NCBI GenBank assembly: GCA_965207735.1
Contig: OZ242296.1
Span: 4,192,001-4,256,000, forward strand
Source of the DNA: Candidatus Versatilivorator sp.
GTDB lineage: Bacteria > Acidobacteriota > Terriglobia > Versatilivoradales > Versatilivoraceae
Direction: 5' to 3'
DNA length: 64,000 nucleotides
How positions within the stretch are numbered: the stretch's first letter is position 1; the number at the start of each line of letters is the position of its first letter. Made by a program: the position numbers and the translations under genes. The notes under the pieces are model-generated. The model was not told where the DNA came from, did not search any database, and worked only from the letters and a program-made list of their open reading frames with translations. Shown one piece after another: positions 20,097 through 30,824 of this stretch.

Positions 20097-22460
20097 TTGA
20101 CCAACCCCGACACACTGAAGCGAGAACATGAGGCGCTACGGCACTGTATCTCCAAGCTGAGCGCGGCCAGCCTGCGCATCGTCGCCAGCCTCGACCTGGG
20201 CACCGTCCTGCGCGAGGCCGTGGAAAGCGCCTGCGAGCTCACCGGTGCCCGTTTCGGCGTGATTGCGACTGTCGACGACTCGGGGCAGGTTCAGGATGTG
20301 GTCAGTGCCGGCTTAACGCCGGAGGAAGACCAACAACTGGCGGACTGGCCCGACGGATTGCAGTTGTTCGCACACTTCCGGGACCTGCCGGGAGCGCTGA
20401 GACTTCGCGACCTGCCCGGCTATATTGGGTCACTCGGTTTTTCCACTGAGCTGGTTCGGTGGAAGATTTTTCAGGGAATGCCCATGCATCACCAAGGTGT
20501 CCACGTCGGCAATTTCTTTCTGGCCGAGAAAGAAGGCGGGGGGGAGTTCACCAGCGAGGACGAACAGGTCCTGGTGCTGTTCGCCTCGCAAGCGGCGGCG
20601 GCGATCGCCAACGCGCGCACCCATAGGGCCGAGCAGCAGGCGAGAGCAGATCTGGAGGCATTGGTCGAAACCTCTCCGGTGGGGGTGGTGGTCTTCGGTG
20701 CCAGAACCGGACATCCGTTGAGGTTCAACCGGGAGGCAAGGCGGATGGTCGAGGGTCCGCGCCAGCTGGGCCAATCCCCTGAGCAACTTCTGGCGGCCAT
20801 TACCTACCGGCGTGCCGACGGACGGGAAATTGCCCTGAACGAATTTCTGTTGGCGCAGGAGTTGAGCGCCGCGACGACGGTGCGGGCCGAGGAAATCGTG
20901 CTGGAGGTCCCCGACGGCCGTAGAGTGAAGACTCTGGTCAACGCCACGCCGATCCGTTCCGCGGATGGGGAGGTCGAATCGCTGGTGGTAACCATGCAGG
21001 ATCTGGCGCCGCTGGAGGAGCTGGAGCGATCGCGGGCGGAGTTCCTGAGCCTGGTGAGCCACGAACTCCGGGCTCCCTTGACTTCGATCAAGGGGTCGAC
21101 CGCAACCGTGCTGGGCGCCTCACCGTCCCTGGAGTCGGCCGAGATGCTCCAGTTCTTCCATATCATCGACGAGCAGGCCAATCACATGCGGGGCCTGATC
21201 AGCGATCTGCTGGACGCCGGGCGAATCGAGACGGGCACGTTGTCGGTGTTTCCCGAACCGGCGGAGGTGGGCAACCTGCTCGAACAGGCCAGAAATACCT
21301 TCCTGAGCGGAGGAGGCAAGCACACCGTTCTTATCGACTTACCTCCGGACCTGCCCTCGGTGCTGGCCGACCGCAGACGCATCGTCCAGGTTCTGAACAA
21401 CCTCTTCTCCAACGCTTCCAAGCACGCTCCCGTGTCCTCTCCGATCCGGGTGGGCGCGGTGCGGGATGGCGTATACGTGGCCATTTCGGTCTCTGACGAG
21501 GGGCGGGGTGTGTCGCCAGACCTGCTACCCTACCTGTTTCGGAAGCACACGCGGGTTGGCTCCGGTGATCAGGAGCGTGGCATCGGCGGGTCGGGCCTTG
21601 GCCTGGCCATCTGCAAGGGACTGGTGGAGGCCCATGGGGGCCGGATCCGAGCTGAAAGCGGCGGGAAGGATCAGGGCACGCGGTTCACTTTCACCATCCC
21701 CGTGGCCGAGCAGACCGGAAACATCGCTGCGCCCGGCTCGGCCCGAAGCGCTTCCCGCTCGCCGCGGAAACGGAGGAAACCCAGGCGTATTCTGGTGGTG
21801 GACGACGATCCCCAGACGCTCCGCTACGTGCGGGACGCTCTAACGGCGACGGGCTATTCCCCTGTCGTGACCGGCGACCCAAGGGAAGTGTCCCATTTGG
21901 TCAAGTTGAAAAAGCCCCACCTGGTCCTGCTGGACCTGATGCTTCCCGGCACCGATGGCATCGAGTTGATGGAGCGCGTTCCCGAGCTGGCCGACTTGCC
22001 GGTCATCTTCATCTCGGCCTATGGCAGGGACGAGACCATCGCCAGGGCCCTGGAAAGCGGGGCCGCCGACTACATCGTCAAGCCCTTCTCGCCGACCGAG
22101 CTGGCTGCGAGAGTCCAGGCGGCCCTGCGCCGACTTGCCGATCCGCCCGAACCCTTTCAACTGAGGGACCTGACCATCCACTACGAGCAACGCCTGGTGA
22201 CGGTGGCCGGCCATCCCGTGGAACTGACGGCCACTGAATACGAGCTGCTCCGGGTGCTGTCGGTCAACGCGGGACGGGTAACGACCTACGATTCTCTGCT
22301 GCGCCGGGTGTGGAGCGGGAAAGACACTGGCGACTCTCAGTCTGTGCGGGCCTACGTGAAAAGACTGCGGCGTAAGCTCGGCGACGACGCCGCCAGCCCA
22401 ACCTACGTTTTCAACGTCCGCCAGATCGGCTACCGCATGCCCAAGCCGGGCGATCAGTGA
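20097..22460 (+). CDS. Cytoplasmic hybrid sensor: GAF-PAS-HisKA-HATPase-REC-OmpR winged helix
   Basis: TTG start after GGAGG; SHELRAPLTSIKG, NLFSNASKH, GSGLGLAI, ILVVDDD, LLDLMLP, LTATEYELL and VKRLRRKLG...GYR. Confidence 0.88.
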   Translation: MTNPDTLKREHEALRHCISKLSAASLRIVASLDLGTVLREAVESACELTGARFGVIATVDDSGQVQDVVSAGLTPEEDQQLADWPDGLQLFAHFRDLPGALRLRDLPGYIGSLGFSTELVRWKIFQGMPMHHQGVHVGNFFLAEKEGGGEFTSEDEQVLVLFASQAAAAIANARTHRAEQQARADLEALVETSPVGVVVFGARTGHPLRFNREARRMVEGPRQLGQSPEQLLAAITYRRADGREIALNEFLLAQELSAATTVRAEEIVLEVPDGRRVKTLVNATPIRSADGEVESLVVTMQDLAPLEELERSRAEFLSLVSHELRAPLTSIKGSTATVLGASPSLESAEMLQFFHIIDEQANHMRGLISDLLDAGRIETGTLSVFPEPAEVGNLLEQARNTFLSGGGKHTVLIDLPPDLPSVLADRRRIVQVLNNLFSNASKHAPVSSPIRVGAVRDGVYVAISVSDEGRGVSPDLLPYLFRKHTRVGSGDQERGIGGSGLGLAICKGLVEAHGGRIRAESGGKDQGTRFTFTIPVAEQTGNIAAPGSARSASRSPRKRRKPRRILVVDDDPQTLRYVRDALTATGYSPVVTGDPREVSHLVKLKKPHLVLLDLMLPGTDGIELMERVPELADLPVIFISAYGRDETIARALESGAADYIVKPFSPTELAARVQAALRRLADPPEPFQLRDLTIHYEQRLVTVAGHPVELTATEYELLRVLSVNAGRVTTYDSLLRRVWSGKDTGDSQSVRAYVKRLRRKLGDDAASPTYVFNVRQIGYRMPKPGDQ

Positions 22461-22463
22461 GAG

Positions 22464-24557
22464 CTATTGGTGAGGAATGCGGGGTAGAACTTCCCTCGAC
22501 TCCAGGTGGGCTTCGATTTCCTTGCGGGTCCGCCACACCGGTCGAAGCTGCTTGCGGGCAAACAACGCCAACTGGTCCCCCCGATGGGGCGAGTCGGGCT
22601 GGGAGGCGTTTCCGTAGCTCAGCAGGGCCGCCGCCCGGACCGGTTCGGAGAATTCCACCAGCGCCACGAAGGAATCGCCAAACAGCGCCCGGAAGCGGCC
22701 GTCTTTATCAGGGGCGAACTCCAGGGACCGAAAGATCCCCAGCCGGCTGGGGCCTCCGCTGGCCGGAAGGTCGCGCTCTCCAATTCTCAGGCGAAAGACT
22801 TCTCCCCAGGGCACGTCCAGAGAGCCGAACCGGCCCCGGGTGGCGCGGGCGGCTTTTTCCAGGGCTGCCACGGCGGCGACGGGATCGGCCAGCCCCTTGG
22901 GCGTGGTCAGGGGCTCCCCCTCCTGCCAGGACGTGGCAAACATGCCGGCGCCAAGAGTCCGGACCCATTCGGCGAACAGCACGGCGCCCCGGCTCCCGGC
23001 GTCGGCCCTTCGATCCCAATCCTCCAGCACCCGAGCCGCCTGTCGGGTCAGATCGCTTGACCGCGGACCCACCGCGGCCGTCAGTTCATCCAGAATGCGA
23101 TCGGCCAATTCCATCCGCGTGGAATGCTTGTAGCGGCTCAAGGATTCGAAGCTGATTTTCCGGTCCTCCTCCAGCATGCGCACCGATCGTTGAGCACGGA
23201 AACGCATCCTACGGGGGGCCAGGTAGGCGGGGAAATCGCCTGGATTCAGCAGCCGGGGAAGCGTGGAACTCCAGGGCGGATCGTTGGCGTTTTGCACCCA
23301 GCCCCCGGAGGGGTCCACCACCCGGGGCAGCTCCTCGTAGGGGTGGGTCCGGGTCCAGAGCATTTCGGGGCGGTCCCCCGGAACCATCCCCTGCCAGTCC
23401 TGCCAACCGCCTGAGGCACGGACCGGTGTCCGTCCACCGAACAGGTAGAGAATGTGCCCCTCCCGGTCGGCGTAGATCAGGTTGAAGATTGGATTCTGCA
23501 GCCGCCGCAGCGCCGATTCGAACTGCCGGAGGTTCCTGGCACGGATCATGTCCCAGTACTGCTCGAACATGTGGGGCTGATCCAGACCGACCAGCCGAAC
23601 CGCAACGGCCTTGTCGCCCTTGATTTCCAGGACCGGACCGTGGATAGAGCGGCGCACCGTCAGAGTCTCCCGGCGAATGGTCCCGTCGGATTGACGGACC
23701 CGGATGGACTGGGTCTCGGTCTCGAAGGCCTTGACCCCTCCATCCCAGCGGTAACCGCCTTCCGCCAGGCTCAGCTCGAAAAGGTCGATGCCATCCAGTG
23801 GATTGGTGGTGTGGGTCCAGCCCAGGTGATCGTTGAACCCCAACCCCAGGATGGGCATTCCGACCAGGGTGGCGCCGTAGGCATCCACTTCCGGTGTTTT
23901 CCACTGGACTTCGAACCAGGTGAAGAAACTGCTCCAGGGAAGATGGGGATTGACCAGCAGCATGGCATTGCCGCCGGCCGAACGCGATGGCGCAATGGCC
24001 CATCCATTGGACCCCGGGACCGGTTGCCCGGCTCTGCCGAAGGTGACCTCTCTTCCGACAAAGGAGAGGTGGATCACCCGCTGCAAGTGCCCCAGAACAT
24101 CGGTCGGGTCCAGGGGCAACACAGACTCCAGCTCAGGATCGATACTCTCCGGGTGCAGGCGGGCATAGGCGTTCATCCCCTCCACAAAGCGGTCCAGATA
24201 CCCCTTGAACCTCGGCTTCTGCGCCTCGTACCACTGCTGTGCCCGCTCGGGCACTCCCATGGTTCTCAGATAGCGGTCGGAGGCCAGATAGGATTCCCCC
24301 CAATACTCCGCCGCTCGGCCCCGGGCTTCACCGTAGAGCCGCAAGATGAGGTTGGCATGGTTTTTCATCTGGGCCCAGCCGAAGGCCCGGAACAGCTCAC
24401 CGGGCTCAGTGGCATGGATATGGGGCACACCCCAGCGGTCCCATAGGATCTCGGCCGGCCCTTGATTGCGCGGACCGCAGGCTGCAGCCGCCAGTGCCAA
24501 AACGATCCCGGGCAGCAGGATCCATCCGCCCGGTACGGAGCGTCTTGGACTTCTCAT
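22464..24557 (-). CDS. Penicillin acylase family Ntn-hydrolase (lipoprotein-like signal)
   Basis: WDRWGVPHI, GSNGWAI (beta-subunit N-terminal Ser), NPHLPW and VQNANDPPW; LAAAAC lipobox-like segment. Confidence 0.9.
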   Translation of the reverse strand: MRSPRRSVPGGWILLPGIVLALAAAACGPRNQGPAEILWDRWGVPHIHATEPGELFRAFGWAQMKNHANLILRLYGEARGRAAEYWGESYLASDRYLRTMGVPERAQQWYEAQKPRFKGYLDRFVEGMNAYARLHPESIDPELESVLPLDPTDVLGHLQRVIHLSFVGREVTFGRAGQPVPGSNGWAIAPSRSAGGNAMLLVNPHLPWSSFFTWFEVQWKTPEVDAYGATLVGMPILGLGFNDHLGWTHTTNPLDGIDLFELSLAEGGYRWDGGVKAFETETQSIRVRQSDGTIRRETLTVRRSIHGPVLEIKGDKAVAVRLVGLDQPHMFEQYWDMIRARNLRQFESALRRLQNPIFNLIYADREGHILYLFGGRTPVRASGGWQDWQGMVPGDRPEMLWTRTHPYEELPRVVDPSGGWVQNANDPPWSSTLPRLLNPGDFPAYLAPRRMRFRAQRSVRMLEEDRKISFESLSRYKHSTRMELADRILDELTAAVGPRSSDLTRQAARVLEDWDRRADAGSRGAVLFAEWVRTLGAGMFATSWQEGEPLTTPKGLADPVAAVAALEKAARATRGRFGSLDVPWGEVFRLRIGERDLPASGGPSRLGIFRSLEFAPDKDGRFRALFGDSFVALVEFSEPVRAAALLSYGNASQPDSPHRGDQLALFARKQLRPVWRTRKEIEAHLESREVLPRIPHQ

Positions 24558-24592
24558 GGCCAGTCTCCCGAAACCGCGATGTCACTGAAACA

Positions 24593-24749
24593 ACAAAAGA
24601 GTTATCCACGAAGGGACACGAAGAACGACAAGGGGCCACTAAGGCGTTGAGGTGAACCGCGATGGGATTCCATGGTCACGAAAGGATTGTCGATTTCCGA
24701 TTGAACGAAGTCCATCTGTTTTCGTGTATATTCGTGTTCATTCGTGGTT
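24593..24749. repeat. Inverted pair of CACGAA-unit arrays (copy B)
   Basis: CCACGAAGGGACACGAAG near 24606 faces TTCGTGTATATTCGTGTTCATTCGTGG at 24721-24747; 10-bp unit period. Confidence 0.7.
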
Positions 24750-24919
24750 CAACTTGCCCAACGATCTGCCGTTAATTGCCTGAACAATCTGCAGGTCAGG
24801 GCGGGGAGCTGACCAACCTCTTTCGCGACGCCGCTTCCATTCTTCCAGAGATAATCACTTCCTGTCATTGCTATTATTGAGAGGCAGCCGACACCCATGG
24901 AAGAGATCGGGAGCAATTC

Positions 24920-25921
24920 ATGAAATATCTGGTGACGGGCGCCAGCGGGTTCATTGGCGGTTGCCTGGCCAGACAGTTGGTCCGGGCCGGGCACGAGGTA
25001 GGAGCCCTGGTGCGCAACCCCGAGGCCGCCACGGACCTCAAGGCCGCCGGCGTGTCCATCCACCAGGGGGATGTTCGGGACAAACCCTCCCTGCAAGCTC
25101 CCATGAGCGGAGTTGACGGCCTCTTCCACCTGGCCGCCTGGTATCGGATCGGGGGGAGGAACCGCCGGGAGGCTTACCAGACCAACGTGGAGGGCACCCG
25201 CAACGTCCTGGAAACGGCTCGGGATCTGGGCGTCCCCCGGATTGTCTACACCAGCACCGTGGCCGTCTCTTCCGACACCGGCGGCAGGCTGGTCGATGAA
25301 GGGTTCCGCCACCGAGGACCCTGGCTGAGCCAGTACGAGCGCACCAAGTGGATGGCCCACTACCAGGTGGCCCTGCCCATGGCCGAGGCCGGCGTTCCCC
25401 TGGTCATCCTGCAGCCCGGCGTGGTGTACGGCCCCGGCGACCCCAGCGCCATCGGCACGGCCTTCCGGCAGTACCTGCAGGGTCGGTTGCCCGTGACCCC
25501 TCAACGAACCGCCTTCTGCTGGGGCCACGTCGAGGACACCGCCACGGCCCATCGGCTGGCCATGGAACGAGGCCAACTGGGCGAGAGCTACATTGTGGCC
25601 GGCCCGGTCCAAACCTTCCGGGAGGTCTTCGAACTGGCGGAGCGCCTGACCGGCATCCCGGCCCCCCGGATACACCCCGGCCCATCAGCCATGAAGTCTA
25701 TGGCAGCCTTCATGAAATTACTGGGAGCCTTGATTCCCCTTCCCTCGGCTTACTCGGCGGAGAGCCTGCAAATCATGGCCGGGACGACCTACATCGGCGA
25801 CAACCGCAAAGCCCGCCGCGAGCTGGGCTTCGCCCCCCGCTCCCTGGAGGAGGGACTAGGGGAAACACTGCGCTACGAGATGGAGCGCCTGGGCTTGAGG
25901 GCGAACCTATCCCTCCCTTGA
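24920..25921 (+). CDS. NAD-dependent epimerase/dehydratase (HpnA/DFR-like extended SDR)
   Basis: VTGASGFIG, FHLAA, YERTK (YxxxK) and PGVVYGPGD. Confidence 0.88.
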   Translation: MKYLVTGASGFIGGCLARQLVRAGHEVGALVRNPEAATDLKAAGVSIHQGDVRDKPSLQAPMSGVDGLFHLAAWYRIGGRNRREAYQTNVEGTRNVLETARDLGVPRIVYTSTVAVSSDTGGRLVDEGFRHRGPWLSQYERTKWMAHYQVALPMAEAGVPLVILQPGVVYGPGDPSAIGTAFRQYLQGRLPVTPQRTAFCWGHVEDTATAHRLAMERGQLGESYIVAGPVQTFREVFELAERLTGIPAPRIHPGPSAMKSMAAFMKLLGALIPLPSAYSAESLQIMAGTTYIGDNRKARRELGFAPRSLEEGLGETLRYEMERLGLRANLSLP

Positions 25922-25966
25922 AGGGCCAATCGCCCTTTTGCTATCCTTTGCACTCAGGAGAAAGCT

Positions 25967-28492
25967 GTGAACAGGAGCAATCTGGTTCGGGCGGCCCTGG
26001 CGCTTGCGGCCATCACAGGGCTGTTGACCGTTGCGGGAACGGCCGCTGAACCTACGGTGGATTTCGCCCGGGAGATCCAGCCGATCTTCCAGGAGCGGTG
26101 CCTGGCCTGTCACGGCAGCCAAACCCAGCTGCACGGCTTCAGGCTGGACCGCAGGTCGGATGCCTTCAGGGGCGGCGACTCCGGCGTCCCGGCTATCATT
26201 CCGGGAAACAGCTCCGACAGCTTGCTGCTGCGCTATGTCTCCGGGCGGGACCCCGAGGTGGTCATGCCGCCCGAGGGACCGCCGCTGACCGGTGAGCAGG
26301 TGGAGCTGCTGCGTCGCTGGATCGACCAGGGGGCAGTCTGGCCACAGGACGAGATCCCCTCCGAGTCCCAGTCCGGCGTCAATTCACACTGGGCTTTCCA
26401 GCCGATCTCCGCACCTGCGTTGCCGGCCGTGGAGACAAAGGAGTGGGTCAACAACCCCATCGATGCCTTCGTCCTGGAAAAGCTGGAGGCGAAAGGCTGG
26501 AAGCCCTCGCCCGCGACCGAACCCCATCAGCTGCTGCGGCGACTCTATCTCAACCTGATTGGACTGCCCCCCAACTTGGCAGAGCAGGAAGCCTTTCTGA
26601 AGGACCCCAGCGAGGCTGCCTACAAGGCAACCATCGATGATCTGCTGGAGCGCCCGGCCTACGGGGAGCGCTGGGCCCGCCACTGGCTGGACTTGGTGCG
26701 CTACGCCGAAAGCAACGGATACGAACGGGACGGCGCCAAGCCCCACGCCTGGAAATACCGGGACTACGTGATCCGGTCCTTCAACCGGGACAAGCCCTTC
26801 GACCGCTTTGTCCTGGAGCAGTTGGCGGGAGACGAACTGCCCGACGCCTCAGCCGAGACCCTCATCGCCACCGGGTATTTCCGCCTGGGACCCTGGGACG
26901 ATGAACCCGCCGATCCCGAAACCGACCGCTTCGATCAACTCGACGACATCGTCAGCACCACCTCCCAGGTCTTCCTGGGACTGACCCTGGGTTGCGCCCG
27001 CTGCCACAACCATAAGTTCGACCCCCTGACCGCCCGGGATTACTACTCCATGGTGGCCGTCTTCAACGGCCTGCAGCGTCCCCGCAGGAAGCGCACCGAG
27101 CTGGACCTGCCGATCGGGACTCCCCGGCAACTACAGCAGTACCGGGCCACCTCCCGCCGGATCGAGCGTCTGCAGGAGGAGCTCGACCGGTTGAGCGCCG
27201 GGTTACGCCGGAAGTTTTTGGAGTCAGGCAGTTCCAACCTGCCGGCCCTGGCGGTGCAGGCCTTTCTGGCCCAGGATCCCAGCCGGAAGCAGAGGGGCTT
27301 GAGGCAGCTTTTTGAAAAACAGTTGGCGGAAGAAGTAGAAAACGCCCCGGTTCCGGACGCCGTCCGGGAGCAGTTGGAGGCCGGGGAACGGGAGATCCAG
27401 GCGCTGGAGGCCGCCCGAATCGACCTGCCCCGCGGCTATTTCATGCACGAACCGGATCCGTCCCCGCCCGCCACCCATCTGTTGATCCGGGGCAGCGCCG
27501 CCAACCCGGGACCGGAAGTCGGGCCGGCCTTCCCGGCCATTCTGTCGGATACGGTCTTTCGGCCGGAGCCCCGGAACAGGAGCAGCGGGCGCCGGCTGGC
27601 CCTGGCTCGATGGCTGGCCGATCCTCAAAACCCTCTGACCCCCCGGGTGATCGTCAACCGGATCTGGCAAAAGCACTTCGGATTCGGGCTGGTTCGCAGC
27701 CCAAGCGATTTTGGCGCCCGGGGCGAAAAGCCGACACACCCCGAGCTGCTGGATTGGCTGGCCCACTGGTTCGTGAGGGAAGGATGGTCCTTCAAGAAGC
27801 TCCATCGCCTGATCCTCACCAGCAACAGTTACCGCATGAGCCGGAAGTGGAATCCCCACTACGGCGAGGAAGATCCGGAAAACCGCCTCATGTGGCGCAT
27901 GCCGCGGGTTCGACTGGAGGTCGAGGCCATTCGGGACTCCATGCTGGCGGTCAGCGGCCGGCTGAACCGGCGCATGTACGGGCCCAGCATGTTTCCCAAT
28001 ATCTCCAGGGCGGCGCTGGAGGGGCACAGCGATCCCGACACCGTCTGGAAACCGTCCGCCGAAGAAGAAGACCGCTCCCGCCGCACCATCTATGTCTTCC
28101 TGAAGCGCTCCCTGGTGGTTCCCATGCTGGAAGTGCTGGACCTGTGCGATACCACCAAGACCGCGTCCCGGCGGATGACCACCAGCGTGGCCCCGCAGGC
28201 GCTCATCCTGTTCAACAGCGAGTTCGTGAACCGGCAGGCCCGCTACCTGGCCGCCCGCCTGGAGAACGAAGTGGGAACCGATCCGGAGAAACAGATTGTA
28301 AGGGCCTATACCCTGGCGCTGGCCCGGCCTCCCAGCCCGACCGAAAAAGGGAATCTGCTCGCGTTCTTGAGGCAGGAGGCCGACGACCAGATCCGGCAGC
28401 AGGCCATCGTTCCCGCCAACGCGCGGCGTGGAGCCCTGCGAGAGATGTGCCGGGTGATTCTGAACCTGAACGAGTTTGTCTATCCGGATTGA
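25967..28492 (+). CDS. PSCyt1 cytochrome c + DUF1549 + DUF1553 protein
   Basis: FAREIQPIFQERCLACHG, YGERWARHWLDLVRYAES, CARCHNHKFDP and RVIVNRIWQKHFG. Confidence 0.9.
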   Translation: MNRSNLVRAALALAAITGLLTVAGTAAEPTVDFAREIQPIFQERCLACHGSQTQLHGFRLDRRSDAFRGGDSGVPAIIPGNSSDSLLLRYVSGRDPEVVMPPEGPPLTGEQVELLRRWIDQGAVWPQDEIPSESQSGVNSHWAFQPISAPALPAVETKEWVNNPIDAFVLEKLEAKGWKPSPATEPHQLLRRLYLNLIGLPPNLAEQEAFLKDPSEAAYKATIDDLLERPAYGERWARHWLDLVRYAESNGYERDGAKPHAWKYRDYVIRSFNRDKPFDRFVLEQLAGDELPDASAETLIATGYFRLGPWDDEPADPETDRFDQLDDIVSTTSQVFLGLTLGCARCHNHKFDPLTARDYYSMVAVFNGLQRPRRKRTELDLPIGTPRQLQQYRATSRRIERLQEELDRLSAGLRRKFLESGSSNLPALAVQAFLAQDPSRKQRGLRQLFEKQLAEEVENAPVPDAVREQLEAGEREIQALEAARIDLPRGYFMHEPDPSPPATHLLIRGSAANPGPEVGPAFPAILSDTVFRPEPRNRSSGRRLALARWLADPQNPLTPRVIVNRIWQKHFGFGLVRSPSDFGARGEKPTHPELLDWLAHWFVREGWSFKKLHRLILTSNSYRMSRKWNPHYGEEDPENRLMWRMPRVRLEVEAIRDSMLAVSGRLNRRMYGPSMFPNISRAALEGHSDPDTVWKPSAEEEDRSRRTIYVFLKRSLVVPMLEVLDLCDTTKTASRRMTTSVAPQALILFNSEFVNRQARYLAARLENEVGTDPEKQIVRAYTLALARPPSPTEKGNLLAFLRQEADDQIRQQAIVPANARRGALREMCRVILNLNEFVYPD

Positions 28493-28582
28493 TTCGGACG
28501 CGCTTGAAACAAACGAAAAAGGCAAGAGCTCGTCTCAGGCAGCCAGGACTGCCGGGCGGTCGAATTATGGAGAGGTGAGACC

Positions 28583-30055
28583 ATGTCCCATCGGTACATC
28601 CCCAACCCCACTCCCTGCGGCCGGAGCCGGCGGCAGTTCCTCTGGGAAGTGGGCGGTGGCTTCGCAGGCCTGGCTCTCACCGACCTGCTGATTCGCGACG
28701 GCTTCTTCACCCGAACCGCGGCCGCCTCGGACAACGTCCCCAGCGCCGGTTCCCTGCTGGACGCCCGTATGCCGCATTTCCCGGCCAAGGCCAAGCATGC
28801 CGTCTTTCTCTTCATGAACGGAGCCCCAAGCCAGGTGGACACTTTCGATCCCAAGCCGGCCCTGACCCGCTTTCACGGATCTCCGTACAAGGGCCCCCTG
28901 GAGGTCGGCTCCAACAACCGGGCCATCGGATACCTGATGCAGAGCCCCTTCCCCTTCCAAAAGCACGGCCGGAGCGGCCTGGAGATCAGCAGTCTCTTCC
29001 CCCACACGGCCAGATTCGCCGACGACCTGTGCGTCATTCGCTCCATGTATACCGATACGGCCGCCCATGCCTCCGGGTGCCTCCAGATGAACACCGGCAA
29101 CGTCACCATTGGCAAGCCCAGCCTGGGATCCTGGCTGAGTTACGGGTTGGGCACTCTCAATCAAAGTCTTCCCAGCTTCGTGGTGATGACCGACCCCCGG
29201 GGCGGTCCCATCAGCGGGGCTTCCAACTGGACGGCCGGATATATGCCCGCACCCTACCAGGGCACCCTGTTCCGCAGCACCGGGGCGCCCTTGCTGGATC
29301 TGGCCACCCCACCCGGCGTCAGCCGGCAGACCCAGCGCCATTCCCTGGATCTCTTGCGAACCCTGAACGAGGAGCACCTGGCCTCGCGGCCCCGGGAAGA
29401 CGAGCTGGCAGGCAGGATCAACACCTACGAGCTGGCCTACCGCATGCAGACCACGGCCGCCGAGGCGGTGGACCTGGACCGCGAAGACGAAGCCACCCGG
29501 GAAATGTATGGCCTGAACCGGCCCCTGACGGCCGACTTCGGCCGCAAGTGCCTGATCACCCGCCGCCTGCTGGAAAACGGGGTCCGCTTCGTGCAGCTCT
29601 ATTCCGGGGGCGGCCACATCGAGGACACCTGGGACGGCCATGGCGACTGCATCACCAATCACAAGCTCCACGCCGGGGAAACCGACCAGCCCATCGCCGC
29701 TCTCATCGCCGACCTCAAACGCAGCGGCCTGTGGGATGAGACCCTGCTGGTCTGGGGCGGTGAATTCGGCAGGACCCCCACCAGCGAGGGGATGGGCAAG
29801 CCGGGGAGAGACCACGACTGGCACGGGTTCAGCATGTGGCTGGCCGGAGCCGGGGTCAAGGGCGGGCAGGCGGTGGGCGCCACCGACGAGCTGGGGTTTG
29901 CAGCCGTGGAACAACGCTGCCACGTGTCCGACCTGCACGCCACCATTCTGCACCTGATGGGACTGGACCACACCAGGCTCACCTACCTCTACCAAGGGCT
30001 GGACCAACGCCTCACCGGCGTCCGGGGAGAGGTCGTCCAGTCGGTGCTGGCGTAG
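28583..30055 (+). CDS. DUF1501 domain protein
   Basis: SRRQFL Tat-like start; GAPSQVDTFDPKP, GVRFVQLY, GEFGRTP, GRDH and DLHATILHLMGLDH. Confidence 0.9.
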   Translation: MSHRYIPNPTPCGRSRRQFLWEVGGGFAGLALTDLLIRDGFFTRTAAASDNVPSAGSLLDARMPHFPAKAKHAVFLFMNGAPSQVDTFDPKPALTRFHGSPYKGPLEVGSNNRAIGYLMQSPFPFQKHGRSGLEISSLFPHTARFADDLCVIRSMYTDTAAHASGCLQMNTGNVTIGKPSLGSWLSYGLGTLNQSLPSFVVMTDPRGGPISGASNWTAGYMPAPYQGTLFRSTGAPLLDLATPPGVSRQTQRHSLDLLRTLNEEHLASRPREDELAGRINTYELAYRMQTTAAEAVDLDREDEATREMYGLNRPLTADFGRKCLITRRLLENGVRFVQLYSGGGHIEDTWDGHGDCITNHKLHAGETDQPIAALIADLKRSGLWDETLLVWGGEFGRTPTSEGMGKPGRDHDWHGFSMWLAGAGVKGGQAVGATDELGFAAVEQRCHVSDLHATILHLMGLDHTRLTYLYQGLDQRLTGVRGEVVQSVLA

Positions 30056-30076
30056 CCCCTCCCGCGAACCGAACCA

Positions 30077-30820
30077 ATGGACCTGCAGCAAGGCAGAGGC
30101 TGGATCGCGGAAAGCCGCTCGGTTACCGGCTTCACCGGAGCCGGCATCTCGACCGAGTCGGGCATCCCCGATTTTCGCAGTCCCAACGGGGTCTGGGCCC
30201 GAAACCGGACCGTCTATTTTCAGGAATTCCTCAACAACGAAGCCGACCGCATCGAATACTGGCGGCAGAAGGTGGAAAGCTGGCCGGCCATGCGGGATGC
30301 GGCGCCCAACGCCGGTCATCTGGCCTTTGCCGAGCTGGCCCGGCAGGGCAAGCTGCTGGCCATGATCACGCAGAACATCGACGGCCTCCACCGACGTTCG
30401 GGTCTGGACAGCCGGTTGATACTGGAACTGCACGGGACCACGGCAGAAGCGGCCTGCCTCGGCTGCGGCAGAAGGATCTCCATGGATGAGGCCGTCGACC
30501 GCGTGGTCCAAGGTGAGCCGGCGCCTCGCTGTGCCCGCTGCGGGGGCCTGCTGAAGCCCGCGACCGTTTCCTTCGGCCAATCCCTTCCCATGGAGGTGCT
30601 GGACCGGTCCCGCCGGGCCGCCCAGGACTGCGAGGTCTTCCTGGCGGTAGGCTCTTCCCTGGTAGTGGAGCCGGCCGCTTCCCTGCCCCTTCTGGCCAAG
30701 CAGTCCGGGGCCAGGCTCATCATCCTCAACCGGACCGAGACCCCCCTGGATGGATTTGCCGACCTGGTGATCCGGGAAGAGATCGGACACACCCTGCCCG
30801 GCTTGGTGGAACCTGCCTGA
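30077..30820 (+). CDS. cobB: Sir2-family NAD-dependent protein deacylase
   Basis: GAGISTESGIPDFR, TQNIDGLH, ELHG, two CxxC and GSSL. Confidence 0.88.
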   Translation: MDLQQGRGWIAESRSVTGFTGAGISTESGIPDFRSPNGVWARNRTVYFQEFLNNEADRIEYWRQKVESWPAMRDAAPNAGHLAFAELARQGKLLAMITQNIDGLHRRSGLDSRLILELHGTTAEAACLGCGRRISMDEAVDRVVQGEPAPRCARCGGLLKPATVSFGQSLPMEVLDRSRRAAQDCEVFLAVGSSLVVEPAASLPLLAKQSGARLIILNRTETPLDGFADLVIREEIGHTLPGLVEPA

Positions 30821-30824
30821 TCGC

